From Glycera tridactyla (taxonomy: Eukaryota), in assembly GCA_965644265.1 (NCBI GenBank), contig OZ286462.1, positions 44,268,001 to 44,332,000 on the forward strand: DNA of 64,000 bases, written 5' to 3'. Under the pieces are notes generated by a model. That model ran no database searches. It saw nothing but the letters and a program-made list of their open reading frames with translations, and was not told the origin of the DNA. Shown here piece after piece: positions 13,394 through 26,690 of this stretch. Each line of letters starts with the position of its first letter. Position 1 is the stretch's first letter. Both the position numbers and the translations under genes were made by a program.

Positions 13394-13599
13394 CAGACTG
13401 ATGGGTTCATACCTCCGGCTGTGCTGGCAATGAATCAAAACTGGCCTGAAGCCGGTCATCACCATCTTGCATTGGTTTATGACTGAGCACTTGCTTGTTG
13501 TTCATGTGCATACATGCTGTTCATCAGTTCAAAAAGATGGCTATGAATATGCATGAAATTTACATTACTCAATCTCTGATCACAAGTGACCACTTAGAC

Positions 13600-16500
13600 A
13601 AAATATAGCATAGGGTTTCCACCACCCTGTATTGCAGAAAACTATGATTTACAGTTAGTGAATCAGTGAGATCTCTCCTCCCCAGACAACATTTCAGTGA
13701 AATTCCTATACTTTTATCATCATGTCAAACTACTCATCAATGCAATTTCGATGACTGCCCTGTAGAAGCTGTCATATTTGTAGGAATTCATCACGTGAGC
13801 GTACCTCCGAAAATCCTACATTGGTGACATTATGCAGCCTGCCATCGAGGGAATATCAGCATTGCAGATGCAGCGACAAGGGCACCTTGAGGACACGCTC
13901 CCATCAATATAAGATGCCATGCTTCCCGCCCAATGCAACATGGCTGCTGCCCAATCAATATGTTATAATGGATTTGTTGGAACATCCTGTGCTTCCGAAA
14001 AAAGTGTTCCCAATCATGGCTATTATTAGCACAGGTTTCTAGCGATGTGATGTTGCCATCATCGGTGAGGGAGCAGCAAGGCCACAGAAATGATGAATGA
14101 CATATGGCGATATTCTTGACATCTTCATACGGACATGCTGGGAATTCTTTCTCTCATTCCATGTTCTATTCTATACCTATAAGATGGGCAGATTTCTGCA
14201 ATCACAATGCTTTCAAATTGCAAATTAAGGGAGGAGGACAAACTGAGCCGGAAATTGCATCACCTATATATTATCCCACATTACAACTTGTGAAACCAAC
14301 AAGGCCAATGCAGATGATCTCTCCAGTCAATCACAGACTCCATAAACACCAATTAACTTCATACGTAAAGCTCAAGCTGGGTCCATATGTTGGAGTAGCC
14401 AGAGGCCTCCTTTATTTCCTGTAAAAAATTTGAGACCTGTGTCTACAGGGTACAGCAAATTTCCTCCTGATTTTTCAATGCAATGATCTCAGTGATTAGG
14501 AATATTCTAAAGTCTTTATTGTGTTGGCTGTTCTCCTTGAGGACTGGTGGTAGAAAAGATCACCAGATATCCGAGTATAGTTCATGCGTAGCTGAAATTG
14601 GCAATGAATGATGCGAGCCGAATCAAGCTGATTCTAAAATATCACAGAGGAGTTCAAATCAGCTTCTCCAGTTCATATTAGAGTGGGATCATCAAAATAA
14701 GATATGAAATACTGGAAACAGCCTCATCCTTCCATTTCTGCCAGTTTACGTTAGAGTGGGATCATCGAAATAAGATATGAAACACTGGAAACAGCCTCAT
14801 TCTCCCATTTCTGCCATATTTGATGACAATTCCTGCTGACTGAAATCCATGCTTGACTTGCAAACCAGATCAGATAATCCTGTGAATCTACTTGATTTCA
14901 TGAGTAGTACATTGATAACTTTATAGCTTCTCAAGAATTCATCTTGGAGAGTTCTGAAATGGCATCACACAGTAGAACCTGTGATAAGCGAGCCAATGAG
15001 AAGCAATTGCCTACATCAGGCAGACAGTTTTCATTACTTCTCTCCAAATACACCAGTATCCACCAAGCACCTGCCTTGAGTGTTCATATCTTCAAGAATT
15101 TTGGGTGATCGCTCAGCACAGATTCCAATTCATATTTGGTAAGACTCTTCAGATTATGTTAGATCAATTGCAATGTAGCTCATTGGGGAAGAGTTGCTCC
15201 AATTTGTATGTCATAAGACAGCAAATTTGTGGCGATTGGCGGTTATCTTCTCACACAGTTTCAACATCCACAACATGGAAATGCCGACGTAAATCGCTCC
15301 TCTGGCCAGTATGCTGTTTTTATTGCCAGCCAAACAGCACTCAACTGCAGCTTCCTGATGCTTTGCCAGGATGAATCCCATATTAACCATGTTTATCACC
15401 AATTTCACATCGCCATCACTCTTTCACAGCATAGATCAACTTTATGCTCCAGCCTCATTCATTCCTACATTAGTCTTTTTCATCGGATTGACGCAATGGA
15501 CCCAAATGACCAGGCAATCGAAATATCAGATATCGGGATACAGCTAAATTCATGCCTTGCAATTGGGATTTATCATTGAACAAATAGGACAGCTGACAGA
15601 ATTCCAATACGTAGAATACCCATGGGCAGTACCACGAAATCTGTATTATTCAAGTTGGAGTCCTTACTCCAAAAAACATCATTTCGCATGCATTTGTATT
15701 TGCATAGCAGTGTAACCACTGAAGCCCAAGACATAGTTGTGATAAGGAATCATTGCTTATGTATGGAGAGGGATGGTGTGTTCAAGACAAACAACACACA
15801 CATTTAAAAATAAGCATAAAACATTGCAATCATTTTAATTATCCAAACTGATCCCACTCATGAGAATATGGTCCATACATGGGAAAGTTCAGTCATCGCC
15901 AGTGAAAGAGGTCTTTTGCTATGGTAAATCATGGCAAGAACACAGACAATAGCTACGTCCAGCTTTGAAGCCTCCTTGACTTCCTGGCCATGGCTAGCCA
16001 GTCCACCGATCTCTCATTTGCATGCTGAGCGGCCACCAACAGATTGTTGTATAATTAATCACATTGATTATAGACATTGATCTCTCTCACAGCCACACAC
16101 AAAACCCATCTAAATCCATTCTAACATTATTCAATGGGAGCTGGAAACTTCATGGAAAACAGTAAACGAGGCAAAGGTCTTGGTATTTTCAGGCACATCT
16201 CAAATTACTGAAGGGTCATCCGTGTGGAGCCATCTGCAAGGCACCAGCATTCGATGTCCAGGCACACTAGTGAGGACACCACCAGCATGAAATCCTATAG
16301 CATCACACTAAAAATTGTGTGCAGATTCTTTCCCTCAAGCATCTTGGGTTTCACATGACTTTTGACTAAGAGGAGTGCTGAAACATGCTGACACCGGAAA
16401 TACCAGGTTCTCCTCTCAACAGCAGTCAATCATGTTCTGTTCTTTGCAACAACCTGGCTTACGCAAAAACTCTTTGTATGAAATAGCAACTACTTTTAAG

Positions 16501-17400
16501 TACACAGTTCCCTTTCCAACTACACTATATCTTGTGGGAACAATGTTGGTTCTCAGTAAGAGCGTGTCAGAAGAGAAAACATTCTGTAAATCTCAATTAT
16601 TTTTCACTATACTTCAACTGTATGAACTAGAAACTACCTCCAACCACAGACTAATCATGCCTCCACTCTTATGTTTGAAGTACATTTCACTATGTGTGAA
16701 CCACAACCATGACTCTAAGAATGTCAGAATTGATGTCACATTGAGATGATGTCCACACTAGACTCAGTCAATGCCAAACTTGTGACTTATGATGCCCGAG
16801 TTATTGGTAACAATGCACTCCCAGAGAGTGGAGCTCCTGCTCCACACTGCTTTGGTCATTATTTATGTTGATTACTGTGATATCATACAGGCTGGCAATG
16901 TTCGGATGATTTCAGAATTCACCATATCATCAGGATATTGATTTCATCCGGTGTAACGGAAATAAAACACTTTCTGACAACTTATATTCTTGCATCACAG
17001 GATTTTCTTTGTGGTCATTTTCACCCAACCACATGCAATGAAGGATAGAGCTTTTCCCATTAAGGAACTCAAATCAAGCGTGAACCTTATGAACTGGCCC
17101 ATTTCCCAGATGATGAAACAATATTTTCTCATAATATTTTCTCATAATATGCATCAGCAAACAGTGTATGAATAAGTTTATTTGTCTTCGGACAAAATAA
17201 CTTCTTCAAATTTGAGGAAGTGTCTGAATGCGTTTATTTTGCCCAACTCTCTGGATGAGAACAAACACAATCAGGTGACTGATGGCTGAAAAAGTGATAG
17301 GATATTACTCTCCCTGACTAGGAATCTGCGAAATGATAATGTGAGTCAACATTACTAAGTCTTTCTCACTGTTGAGCAAACAATCACGTTGGACAAATAG
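13600..17400 (-). mobile_element. Decayed L1/Tx1-clade LINE ORF2 remnant, boundaries approximate
   Basis: Minus-strand motifs in expected order: GNGPVHKVHA* (about 17090, RGPGxWK-like), CVSQV (about 16455, GVRQGC-like), HTDDPSVI...FHEVSSSH (16215-16223, YADD...FxxxSG), VFWSK...LPMGILRIGI (about 15600-15670); many stops and frameshifts. Confidence 0.5.
14678..14816. repeat. Two-copy 73-bp tandem duplication
   Basis: ttagagtgggatcatc...ctgcca at 14678 and 14751. Confidence 0.9.
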
Positions 17401-19680
17401 AGTGCTGCATCTTGATACGAGTGCGGGACTGATGAGGAATCGATGCAAGGGACGCCAAATAATCACAGCTTGTAATGATCAATGAATGAGTGAAACATCA
17501 TCTCGCATCTGTCTCTCAAATATCATGAGTCAGCGACCACATTTGATCGAGTGGTTAAAGTATAATGTTCACTTTGTTAGCGATCTTTTCATTTGGGGAC
17601 ATAAGACTTTTTTGCAACTCCTCGTTCATCCACTGATGCAAGAAGCAGCTTTTTATCTACCTATCACTGTCGGACAGCGTTCTCTTTTGTCCACACATCA
17701 CTATTGCATACAGCAACTGTCGCCAAGCTACCAGCATCGGCATGGCATGTGATGACCAAAATTAAACATCATTCACTGAGTAAGCAGGCACATATACCAC
17801 CATTCAATATGGCTGCTGGTGACCCTCCTGACAGAAGTGCAAACATTGCCTCCAGAAACAGAAGCTGCTTTCGGTTATGCTATCAACAAAACAAACATTC
17901 ACCAAATCCATCGCATATCTTCTGGCATCCAGAATGGAAATTTCTCAACAATGCATGCATGTAGGCAATTGCATGGTGTACAAGCAAGTTATGGTGGGAA
18001 AGTGCTCATATGCACTCATGTGATCTTATCCATCTGATATCAAATATGATTATGCCTGTATGGTCAGATTTCTGATCATATCTCCTGACAGGTCAGTAAT
18101 TAAATACTTTCCTCATACTCATTTAGAATATATTGAATACATTCCCAGCTGACAATGATAGCATATAGAACATGCTGGTAACTTACAGTCGAACACAACA
18201 TTCTTTAATTTTGAGCAAAGCTCAAAACAAGAAAACGCATCAGGTTCAGAAAATAATTTTCCGATGTGTTTAGTTACGAACAGTCAACTTCGAACAAGCA
18301 TTACAATAAATTTTGTCCTAAAATGTAAATTTGTCTATTGTCTCAAATCTGAGGTATATTTGACAATGTCAAAATAGAAAAGCTGAGAAAGGGGTCTCCC
18401 ATTGGAGAAGTATCCTGTCGAGGGGTCTCTTGTCACAGATTTCGTTGTACAACGATGCATCTTGATGACGATGAAAGTGCCTTAGAAAGAGCAAGTTCAC
18501 AAGCATCTTGTGGAAACTTTAGATGAAAAGAATGGGATGAGGTGTGTCTAATCATGCAGAGTAGACTCTAAGAAGATTCCACCATTTACTCAAATTTCTG
18601 ACAGCATTGACGGCAAGTAGATAGAATGCACAAATGTGTTGACGGAAGAATGAATACAGTTATGTCACTTCAAAGACCGTAAATAATGCACTGCCTTAAT
18701 GGATGTATTAGCTCAGTATGTATTTTTTCATAAATGCGGATGTGAAGATTGGTATAACTCATATCAACAAAGTATTTCCGGCGTAGTTACCGTCCAGGGA
18801 GACTCTCATTTGAGGAAGAGCTCCCAGATTAGTCATGATACCACTGTAGAAATGGTTTGATGCATGAATGTCTTAATATTTCACAAAACAGCATGTTCAT
18901 CTTTATCAACTGAATCCTCATCCAGCCATATGCTATCAGAATATCTCACCAGAATCAAACTAGGATTTTGAGATTTCATCAAGTGGAATGCTAGATTCTA
19001 ATAACGAGATCAATGAGCCGGATATAATTTTGAATTTTCTGACCAACTTTCATCCCCTTGGTCATTATACAAGAGTGAATCCACATTCAATATTTTTAAC
19101 ACAACAAACACATCGAAAGATACCATGTCAACATGAAACTTTTTAACACAACAAACACATCGAAAGATACCATGTCAACAACAGAATTTCATGGTCATTT
19201 AGTGAAATATGCAAGACACTTTTCAGCATATGTAATTTTTCAAGTAGATTCTATAATAATTTTGAGACCAAGAGAAATGAGACATGAAATGGTTGAACAG
19301 TCATGATGACCAGGAGTGAAGTTGTCTTCTAAAGTTTTTAGTATAAATGTTAACTAAAACGGAGTTTATGATCATGCAGGACATGTCCACACAAATATTG
19401 TTACATTGGGCAATACAATTGACTTGATGTACAAAACATGGTAGTGTTTACCCAACAATTTAATGATGTTTGCCATGGCTTCATCTCCTCATTTCGGCAC
19501 AAACCAGGATCCTGTTTTTTCAAGTCACTCTGGTACTTCAGCACTTCCAATGATGCTAGGTGGATACATAATTCAGAACATTGAGATGTCTGGTGGAAAT
19601 TATGAAACAGGTGTATTGAGGGGGGGGGGGGGGGGGGTTGAAACTCTGGGCAGTATGGGCTTTAACTGATACATAGCAAA

Positions 19681-19915
19681 CAGTCAAACTCCTAAGCAGC
19701 CACCCTTTCAGTGATACTGTGAAACCTGTAATACCACCCTGAATACCACCAACCGGCCAAACAATACAGTGAAACCTGTGATGAAAGACCAACCTGAATG
19801 TCCCTGGAAACTGGTCTCTCAAAAGAGGTAGTCTCCAATCAGAGGTATATCTGACTATGTTGAATGAAAAAAGGTGCCCTGAGAATGCATGTTATTTTGT
19901 TAGAGGTGGCCTCTC
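19681..19915. mobile_element. Nested or partial Tc1/mariner-type MITE fragments
   Basis: Several cagt(c/g)aaac/gtgaaacctgt starts and the shared gaggtatatctgactatg core. Confidence 0.65.
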
Positions 19916-19970
19916 ATATGGGTAATGTAGTATCACATCAAACAGTTCCTGGGTGATTCAGTGTCTTATA

Positions 19971-20148
19971 CAGTAAAACCTGTCTTGGGAGACCGCCCCA
20001 AACGCCAACAAAAAGTGGTCTCTCAAGACAGGTGGTCTCTCATTGGAGGTATATTTGACTATGTCAAATAGCGAAGAGCCGATAAAGAGCGGTCTCCCAT
20101 CAGAGGGTGGTCTCCCAAAAGAGGGGTCTCCCAAGACAGGTTTCACTG
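19971..20148. mobile_element. Intact Tc1/mariner-type MITE
   Basis: 24-bp TIR CAGT(A/G)AAACCTGTCTTGGGAGACC with 1 mismatch, TA on both sides. Confidence 0.92.
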
Positions 20149-20744
20149 TACTTGTATGTGATGAAGTACCAAATTGAACACCTGTCAAGGTAATTTTGTA
20201 TCAAATCAAATGCCGATCTGAGTATCATACTGTCAAACCAATCACCTGTCTGAGAAATGTAGTACCAAATCAGACACCTCTCTGAGTAATGTAGTATTGA
20301 ATCAAACAGCTATTTGAATAATGTGTCAAATCTATTACCTATCTGCGCAATGCTGAATATCAAATATTGTGAGATTCAGCACATCATATCCCATGGGCAT
20401 GTTTGAATTGGTATACTGTAGATATATATCACCATAATGGCTTACATTCTTACACGATATCATGGGCAGAAGTAGGGCAATATTCGCATTATCAGCACAA
20501 ATAACCGTCCCACTCACTTGCAAATGGAGCGGCTAAGCTGTACACAAGATGGACTAGTTGAGTAAATAGGCATCTTCTTCATAACACAAACCTCATATTT
20601 ACTCTTAATATGAATGATATAACCCAGAAAGAGGCTGGTAATAGGCTTGTACCAGGCCAGTGCAGACAAACACTCTCTACCAACTGTTTGCTAAATCATG
20701 AGATAGAATAATCATGAGAAAGGACAACACCACACCCATTGAGA

Positions 20745-20825
20745 GAGCGAGAGAGCAAGAGAGAGATAGAGTGAGAGAGAGAGAGAAAGAGAGGGAGGGA
20801 GGGAAAGAGAAAGAGAGAAGAGGAA
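20745..20825. repeat. (GA)n-rich microsatellite
   Basis: Read directly. Confidence 0.85.
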
Positions 20826-21107
20826 TGAAAATTGAATGAATACTATCTCACTGAAACTTCAGAGATATCCTGTTAGCAGAAGAAATCATTTTTTCATGAC
20901 TTCGCATGAACAGTAATGTTTTGAAAATGATTCCTAAAGATGCAACCATCTTGAGGATATCAGTGATTACAGAGTGAACCATCCATATAATTCATAGGGT
21001 TTTGTTGTGCATTGGATGCACAGCCAGGCTATCTCAATGGCTCAATACAAACAATGGCAATTATACATTTATGTGCATCACATTTGAATACAGTTACCAC
21101 CTGAGAA

Positions 21108-21485
21108 TCATTTCAACTTCTCTTCTGAAAATATGCATGTCATCAAATATTCATAGAACAGTAAACACCTAGAAAATCCGACATTTTCGCAGGCAGAAGT
21201 GAGAAACGCACCTATTTTTTCAACACAAAGATTTACTCTATCATAAATCCTTTGCAGTAACACACCATCTATTGAAAAGATGGGGCGATTTTTTTCTCGA
21301 GGGCATTGTAGAACATGTAGGCACACTGCGGAGAGATCTAGCTTTTCATCGTGAGAGGGAATACATCCAATAGATAGTGTGTTCGGGTGGCCACAGGAAG
21401 ACAATGACGGATACTGGGAATGCAATATTGCCAGTAGACCTCTCTTAGCAGAAAGGAGGCAGTAGCCTCCTGCCAGAAGTTGCAA
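21108..21485 (-). pseudogene. Possible Crypton-like (tyrosine recombinase / DUF3504-type) fragment
   Basis: 125-aa ORF with EKLD...LQCPR...DGV...EKIGAFLTSACENVGFSR, resembling from memory the SKL...FQRP...VWY...N.LG.M...C..AG.S segment; catalytic NHS.R motif not seen. Confidence 0.3.
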
Positions 21486-22701
21486 ATATTTGCCAAGATT
21501 TATTTGCAGGGAGGAAGTCTAAAACGTTATCCTTGTCAATTCAGCCTTCATCCTTCTTTCAATGCCATCAACCCTCCAAGTACCACAAAGCATATCCACG
21601 ATGAATTTCGTTCAGGCATTCACATCTGATTTCTAAGAATTCATTTTGTTCCACTGTTCAGTGCATCTCAGTGAAAATTCAACATTGCACCACAAAACAC
21701 AAACCTATTCTATTGGCATGTTCCGAGTAAAACTGGCTTCTTTTGCTTTCACAATTTTGGGCTTTTTGAGCGTGTGTTCCTCTTGTTCTGATTTTGAGTA
21801 AATACCCAAAATACAGATTAGGACATTGAAGCATGATTAAATTTGAATTTTACATTAACTCTTTGCCTGAAGCTTTCGGAAATGAAACAGCCTGGCCACC
21901 AATAGAATAACAAAATTGGATCGGATTCTCAGTACATTGAGTTTACTTTTTGCTGCAGGCTGATCACTGCCCTGCAAGAAGAATGCACAGGTCTTGTGAT
22001 TGGTCGATATAAGGGTCGAACAATTTATTCATCTGTTCATTCATTCGTTTATTTTTTCATCATTTATTTTTTTTATTCACATATTCACCCTTTTGTTACC
22101 AGACATTTATTCAGTTGATAATTTTTCATCCAATTATTCTTCAGCACAATCCAGTAACAAATGTACCAAATATTCAAAACTGAACACAGGATCAGTGCCA
22201 GAACAGAATTTCAATTTTTCAATATTTCTGCAATAGTCAGACATGAATTCATATTCTCACCAGCTGTCATGCAGTGTGGATCTTTGCAGATGCCTCCATT
22301 AAATCTGGAGCGAAATAGCCTGGACTCAACAGCGCAACTTACTTTTGCAAACAGTAAAATTCCTGTCGATTCCTGAGGCTGGTGGTTTCCCTATCTAGGA
22401 TAATGACGTTAGTACTGATGGGTCAGTAGGGATGGCATATTTGCAGATGTTAGGGTGGGCAGTCCTATCAAATAAGGCACGCCAGTTGCCTCCATTTAGG
22501 CCGTATGAGTTGTGGTTATATGCACATAGCACGGTTTATATAACATATATTTGTGGAGAAAACCCATTTTGTATGATGTAGAGAGAGTGCCGTCCTTTCA
22601 TATCTAATGGCATCCTTGCTACCCAATTTGATCTGTGAGAGTAAGTACACAGAGATGCAAGAGAACATGCACACATGAATAGACACACATACAAGCATGT
22701 A

Positions 22702-22868
22702 NNNNNNNNNNNNNNNNNNNNNNNNNNNNNNNNNNNNNNNNNNNNNNNNNNNNNNNNNNNNNNNNNNNNNNNNNNNNNNNNNNNNNNNNNNNNNNNNNNN
22801 NNNNNNNNNNNNNNNNNNNNNNNNNNNNNNNNNNNNNNNNNNNNNNNNNNNNNNNNNNNNNNNNNNNN
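22702..22868. other. Assembly gap (N)
   Basis: N run. Confidence 1.
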
Positions 22869-22879
22869 GGTGCATGTTG

Positions 22880-23110
22880 CCGGATGACTCCATGGTGCAG
22901 CAGTTCAGAGTGCTAGCACTGTATGCTGGTGGTGGGTGCCTTACTCAGGTTGTGGGTTCGAACCCCATATGAAAGCCCGAAATTGGGTTTGGGCATTTGA
23001 CACAGTTCATGGACCTGCTGCCTGTGCATCATGTCACTGGCATGAAATCACTTAAAACATAGCCTTCACCGAAGGCGGACCTCGTCTCAATGAAGCCAAC
23101 TCAAACGCCT
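22880..23110 (+). mobile_element. tRNA-derived SINE, 3' end approximate
   Basis: A-box-like tggtgcagcagtt (22893-22905) and canonical B-box GGTTCGAACCC (22955-22965), followed by a non-tRNA body. Confidence 0.65.
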
Positions 23111-23274
23111 CGAATATATGTAACACATAGATGACCCAACTCATGCTGTGGAAATCAATTTTCAAACAAAGGTTGGATCTATTTGCTGATGCTCATCAGA
23201 AGTCACAACTGGTTCACATTTACATTTTTGTCCCCAAAATCAAGCAAGGTTGTAATCGGTCCCATCCATTGCAG

Positions 23275-24290
23275 GCAATTGTGAAGGAATGCTATGAAAG
23301 GCATCTGTGTCAAGTTTAGTGCGTGGCTAGAGGCAGCAACAATGTTTAGGAGAATGGGGAGTTGTCCCAAAAGGGAATCAGCATCGTCAGGAACCCTGAT
23401 CCCTGGCATTCATTAGGGAATTATATAAATTGCATCTGTACCAAGTTTGCTGTGGCTACAGACAGCCAACATCTTTAGAAAAGTCCATTTCTGAAAAAAA
23501 CAAAAACATTTTTACCCAAAAACCAACCAGGCCTGTTGGGAGATGGCATCTATGGCTAGCATTCATTAGGGAATGCTATCAAGAACATCTGCACCAAGTT
23601 TGCTGTGGCTACAGACAGCCAACATCTTTAGAAAAATCCATTTCTGAAAAACCAACCAGTCCTGTTGGGAGACCCCATATATGTCTGGCATTCATAAGGG
23701 AATGCTATTAAGTACATCTGTACCAAGTATGTAGTGGCTACGGACAGCCACCTTCTTTGGGAAAATCCATTTCTGAAAAAACAATTTTCACCCCAAAACC
23801 AATCAGGCCTGAAGGGAGACCCCATCCATAGCTAGCATTCATTAGGGAATGCTATCAAGTACATCTGTAGCAAGTATTGTGTGGCTATGGCCAGCCACCT
23901 TCTTTATAGAGAAATCCATTTCTGAAAAGAAAACGTTCACCCCCAAACCAACCAGGACTGTTAGGAGACCCCACCTATGGCTGGCATTCATTAGGGGATG
24001 CTATCAAGTACATCTGTTGCAAGTATGGTGTGGCTATGGCCAGACACCTTCTTTAGAGAAGTCCATTTCTGAAAAACCAATTTTCACCCCAAAATCAACC
24101 AGGCCTTTTAGGAGACCCCATCTATGGCTTGCATTCATTAGGGAATGCTATGAACTACATCCATGCCAAGTTTGCTGGGGCTACAGACAGCCAACATCTT
24201 TAGGAAAATCCATTTCTGAAAAAACAATTTTCACCCAAAAACCAACCAGGCCTGTTGGGAGACCCCATCTATGGCTAGCATTCATTAGCA
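23275..24290. repeat. About 147-bp tandem array, roughly 7 units
   Basis: gcattcat(t/a)aggg restarts at 23406, 23559, 23688, 23835, 23984, 24131, with a last gcattcatta at 24278, plus a degenerate unit at 23275-23400. Confidence 0.95.
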
Positions 24291-26550
24291 TTCATCAGCA
24301 TTCATTGTATCTTGTATCTTGTATCTTGTACTATGAGCATGCTTGGAATAGTGTATGTAGTCACGCTCATTCAACTGCTGCATAATTAACAGTGAGAATA
24401 ATCAATTATGAAATGAGATGATGGCGACACGGAAACACATGACTCTTTATTGATGAGATGAATTTATGACAGAGACAGGTCTGTTAAATAATTTCACCTC
24501 TAGCTGTACTGGCATAGGCTCCATATGCATACAACATGACGGAAAAAGATCCTGTCATTTAGGCCAGCAATACACATATATATGTTGATGCTTGTGTGGT
24601 CTCTGGATATGATATTTCAATGGATCATTGAATAGGAGCTGCCAATTTTTTTAAAAGGGACCTTGATAATATCGTAGGCATCACATACATGAACAAATAT
24701 TACATTGACAGAACTGTACAGTCATTTTGGGGGAAAGATTCATGAATGAGCACATTTTCTCAGGAGAGCTCACTCGATTTCAACCCACATTATTTTTATC
24801 TGAAAGAAAAGGATTTATATTGAGTGAAAGAGCTCACATCCTCTGTGAAATCAACCCATCTTAATGCAAGTACGAGAAAGTGCCACAAATTAGGAAATCA
24901 TTTTTGTGCATTGAATCCAATGACATCAACAGTTTTATGTGGTAGAATATCTACTTTTTGTGTGTACATGTATATAATATTATGCTATCATCGGACGGCT
25001 CATTTTCCATCACAGGAAGTATATTCAAAGACATATTTAGGTTTTATTTGGGCTATATAACTGTAACAGGTTTTACTTCTTGCTATTCAAATATTCATTT
25101 TTCATGTCCATTGACAGTTTTTCAAATAGAGTTAGCACCTTCATGATTAGATGCAGAGAAAGCACATAAATCAAGTCAAGGTGTCCATGTTCCATTATTG
25201 TCATCAAAACGACCATAATTTGTAATCTATAAATTGATTTTCTGTTCCTTGCCGCTTTTTGTTGAAGCTCATTCTAGCAAAAAAGTGGATATAAAGTGGC
25301 TGCGCAGGAGCCCTGTCTTTTAGAAGTAGTCTGTCAGTGAATCTGCTGTTGGTTTGATGGCAGTCAAGAAGGGCTTGGTCATCTGTTATTGAAAGATATA
25401 GAGGTAAGCTGGTGACCCTGCACCACTCCAATTTTGCAAGAGTGACCTCTCAGCAGGGTAGATGTGAACTGACACAGGAAATTCATGTGCACAGTGACTT
25501 GTTTCAATGATAATTTCTTGAAACCACTAATAAATGATGCTTCACCACCCTGCCCACTGTCCCATTGTCACATTGTGCACCCATTTGAAAATTGTTTAAG
25601 TCACAGTTCATTTTTCACAGTCATCATGATATTCTCAGAACGCCATGCAAACTAATATGACTAAGTCTTATTTGATTGAACTCACAAATTTCAGAGAGAT
25701 GGGATTATATTCCCCACATCTATATGTACCACCAGCCTCTCAATATCCAGAATCATCATTGAAGAAGAGGATGGGGAAAAAATCAATTTGACATCTCAAA
25801 AAGATGATTCAATTATTGTAACAATCGATCTCACTCAATATGTTGAATTTGGAAATCTCACTCTAATTGAGATAATATTACAGATAATTTATGGAGATTA
25901 ATGATTGTCATAGGGTCATTCAAATGACTCTTCCCTTTTACTCACTGTTGTGACAATTATGCCAATATCTGACTGTTGACTCGTGAAAGGGAACATTTAT
26001 ACAGATGTCTTCTGATCATGAGTAATTTGCCCTGGACTGGTAAGTCATCAAACATGTAGATCAATGATGATATTGTTATATAGGTCATGGTATATATTAG
26101 GACTGAGAATGAATCATGTTGGAAGCAATGAGAAACGTATTTTGATATTTCAACTACAAAACTATATTTCAGAAATTCAGGGTATCCAGAAAAGTGGTAT
26201 CAATTGCAGTATGGTAGAACCTGCATTGGAAAATCACCCTACATGTCATTGAAAAAGGCCACTGTCCACAACTGTCATATCAGAGGAATTATCAATTATC
26301 AAATAGGTGAGGTTGGGGTACTGTCCGAGCAAATTGGGTCTTCTGTGATCACCAAGAGACGTATTATGCAAGACAGGATCGCAGCGATGAAATACTGACT
26401 CTTGATGGTGAGGGTGAATTGCCAGCGGAATATGCTTGCCCCAGAAGCCGAGCAATGCTAGGCTTCAAGCCCCCATCCATCATAGTTAAGAAGATGTGTG
26501 TCAACTCCAATAGTTGAATAATACAAACCTGCCATGCAATTTTCATCAAG

Positions 26551-26690
26551 CGCACGTTGGGCGGTCGACAATAGCCCGATTGGGGTACGAGTGTCTGTCA
26601 ACTACTGATACAGACTTGCATGACGCCACAATTGCTTGGGAGGCTCACAAAAATAAATACGAGCTTTTGTGGAAAAACATCTTCCATCAA
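26551..26690 (+). CDS. Candidate exon or decayed ORF (HVGRSTIARLGYECLSTTDTDLHDATIAWEAHKNKYELLWKNIFHQ)
   Basis: Open frame ending exactly at strong donor CAA|gtaaga; acceptor (ttttcatcaag) is weak. Confidence 0.25.

Noticed and set aside
7944-22972. ORFs spanning N-gaps (7944-8246, 13046-13465, 22516-22972 and similar)
   Set aside because: Open only because N codons contain no stops
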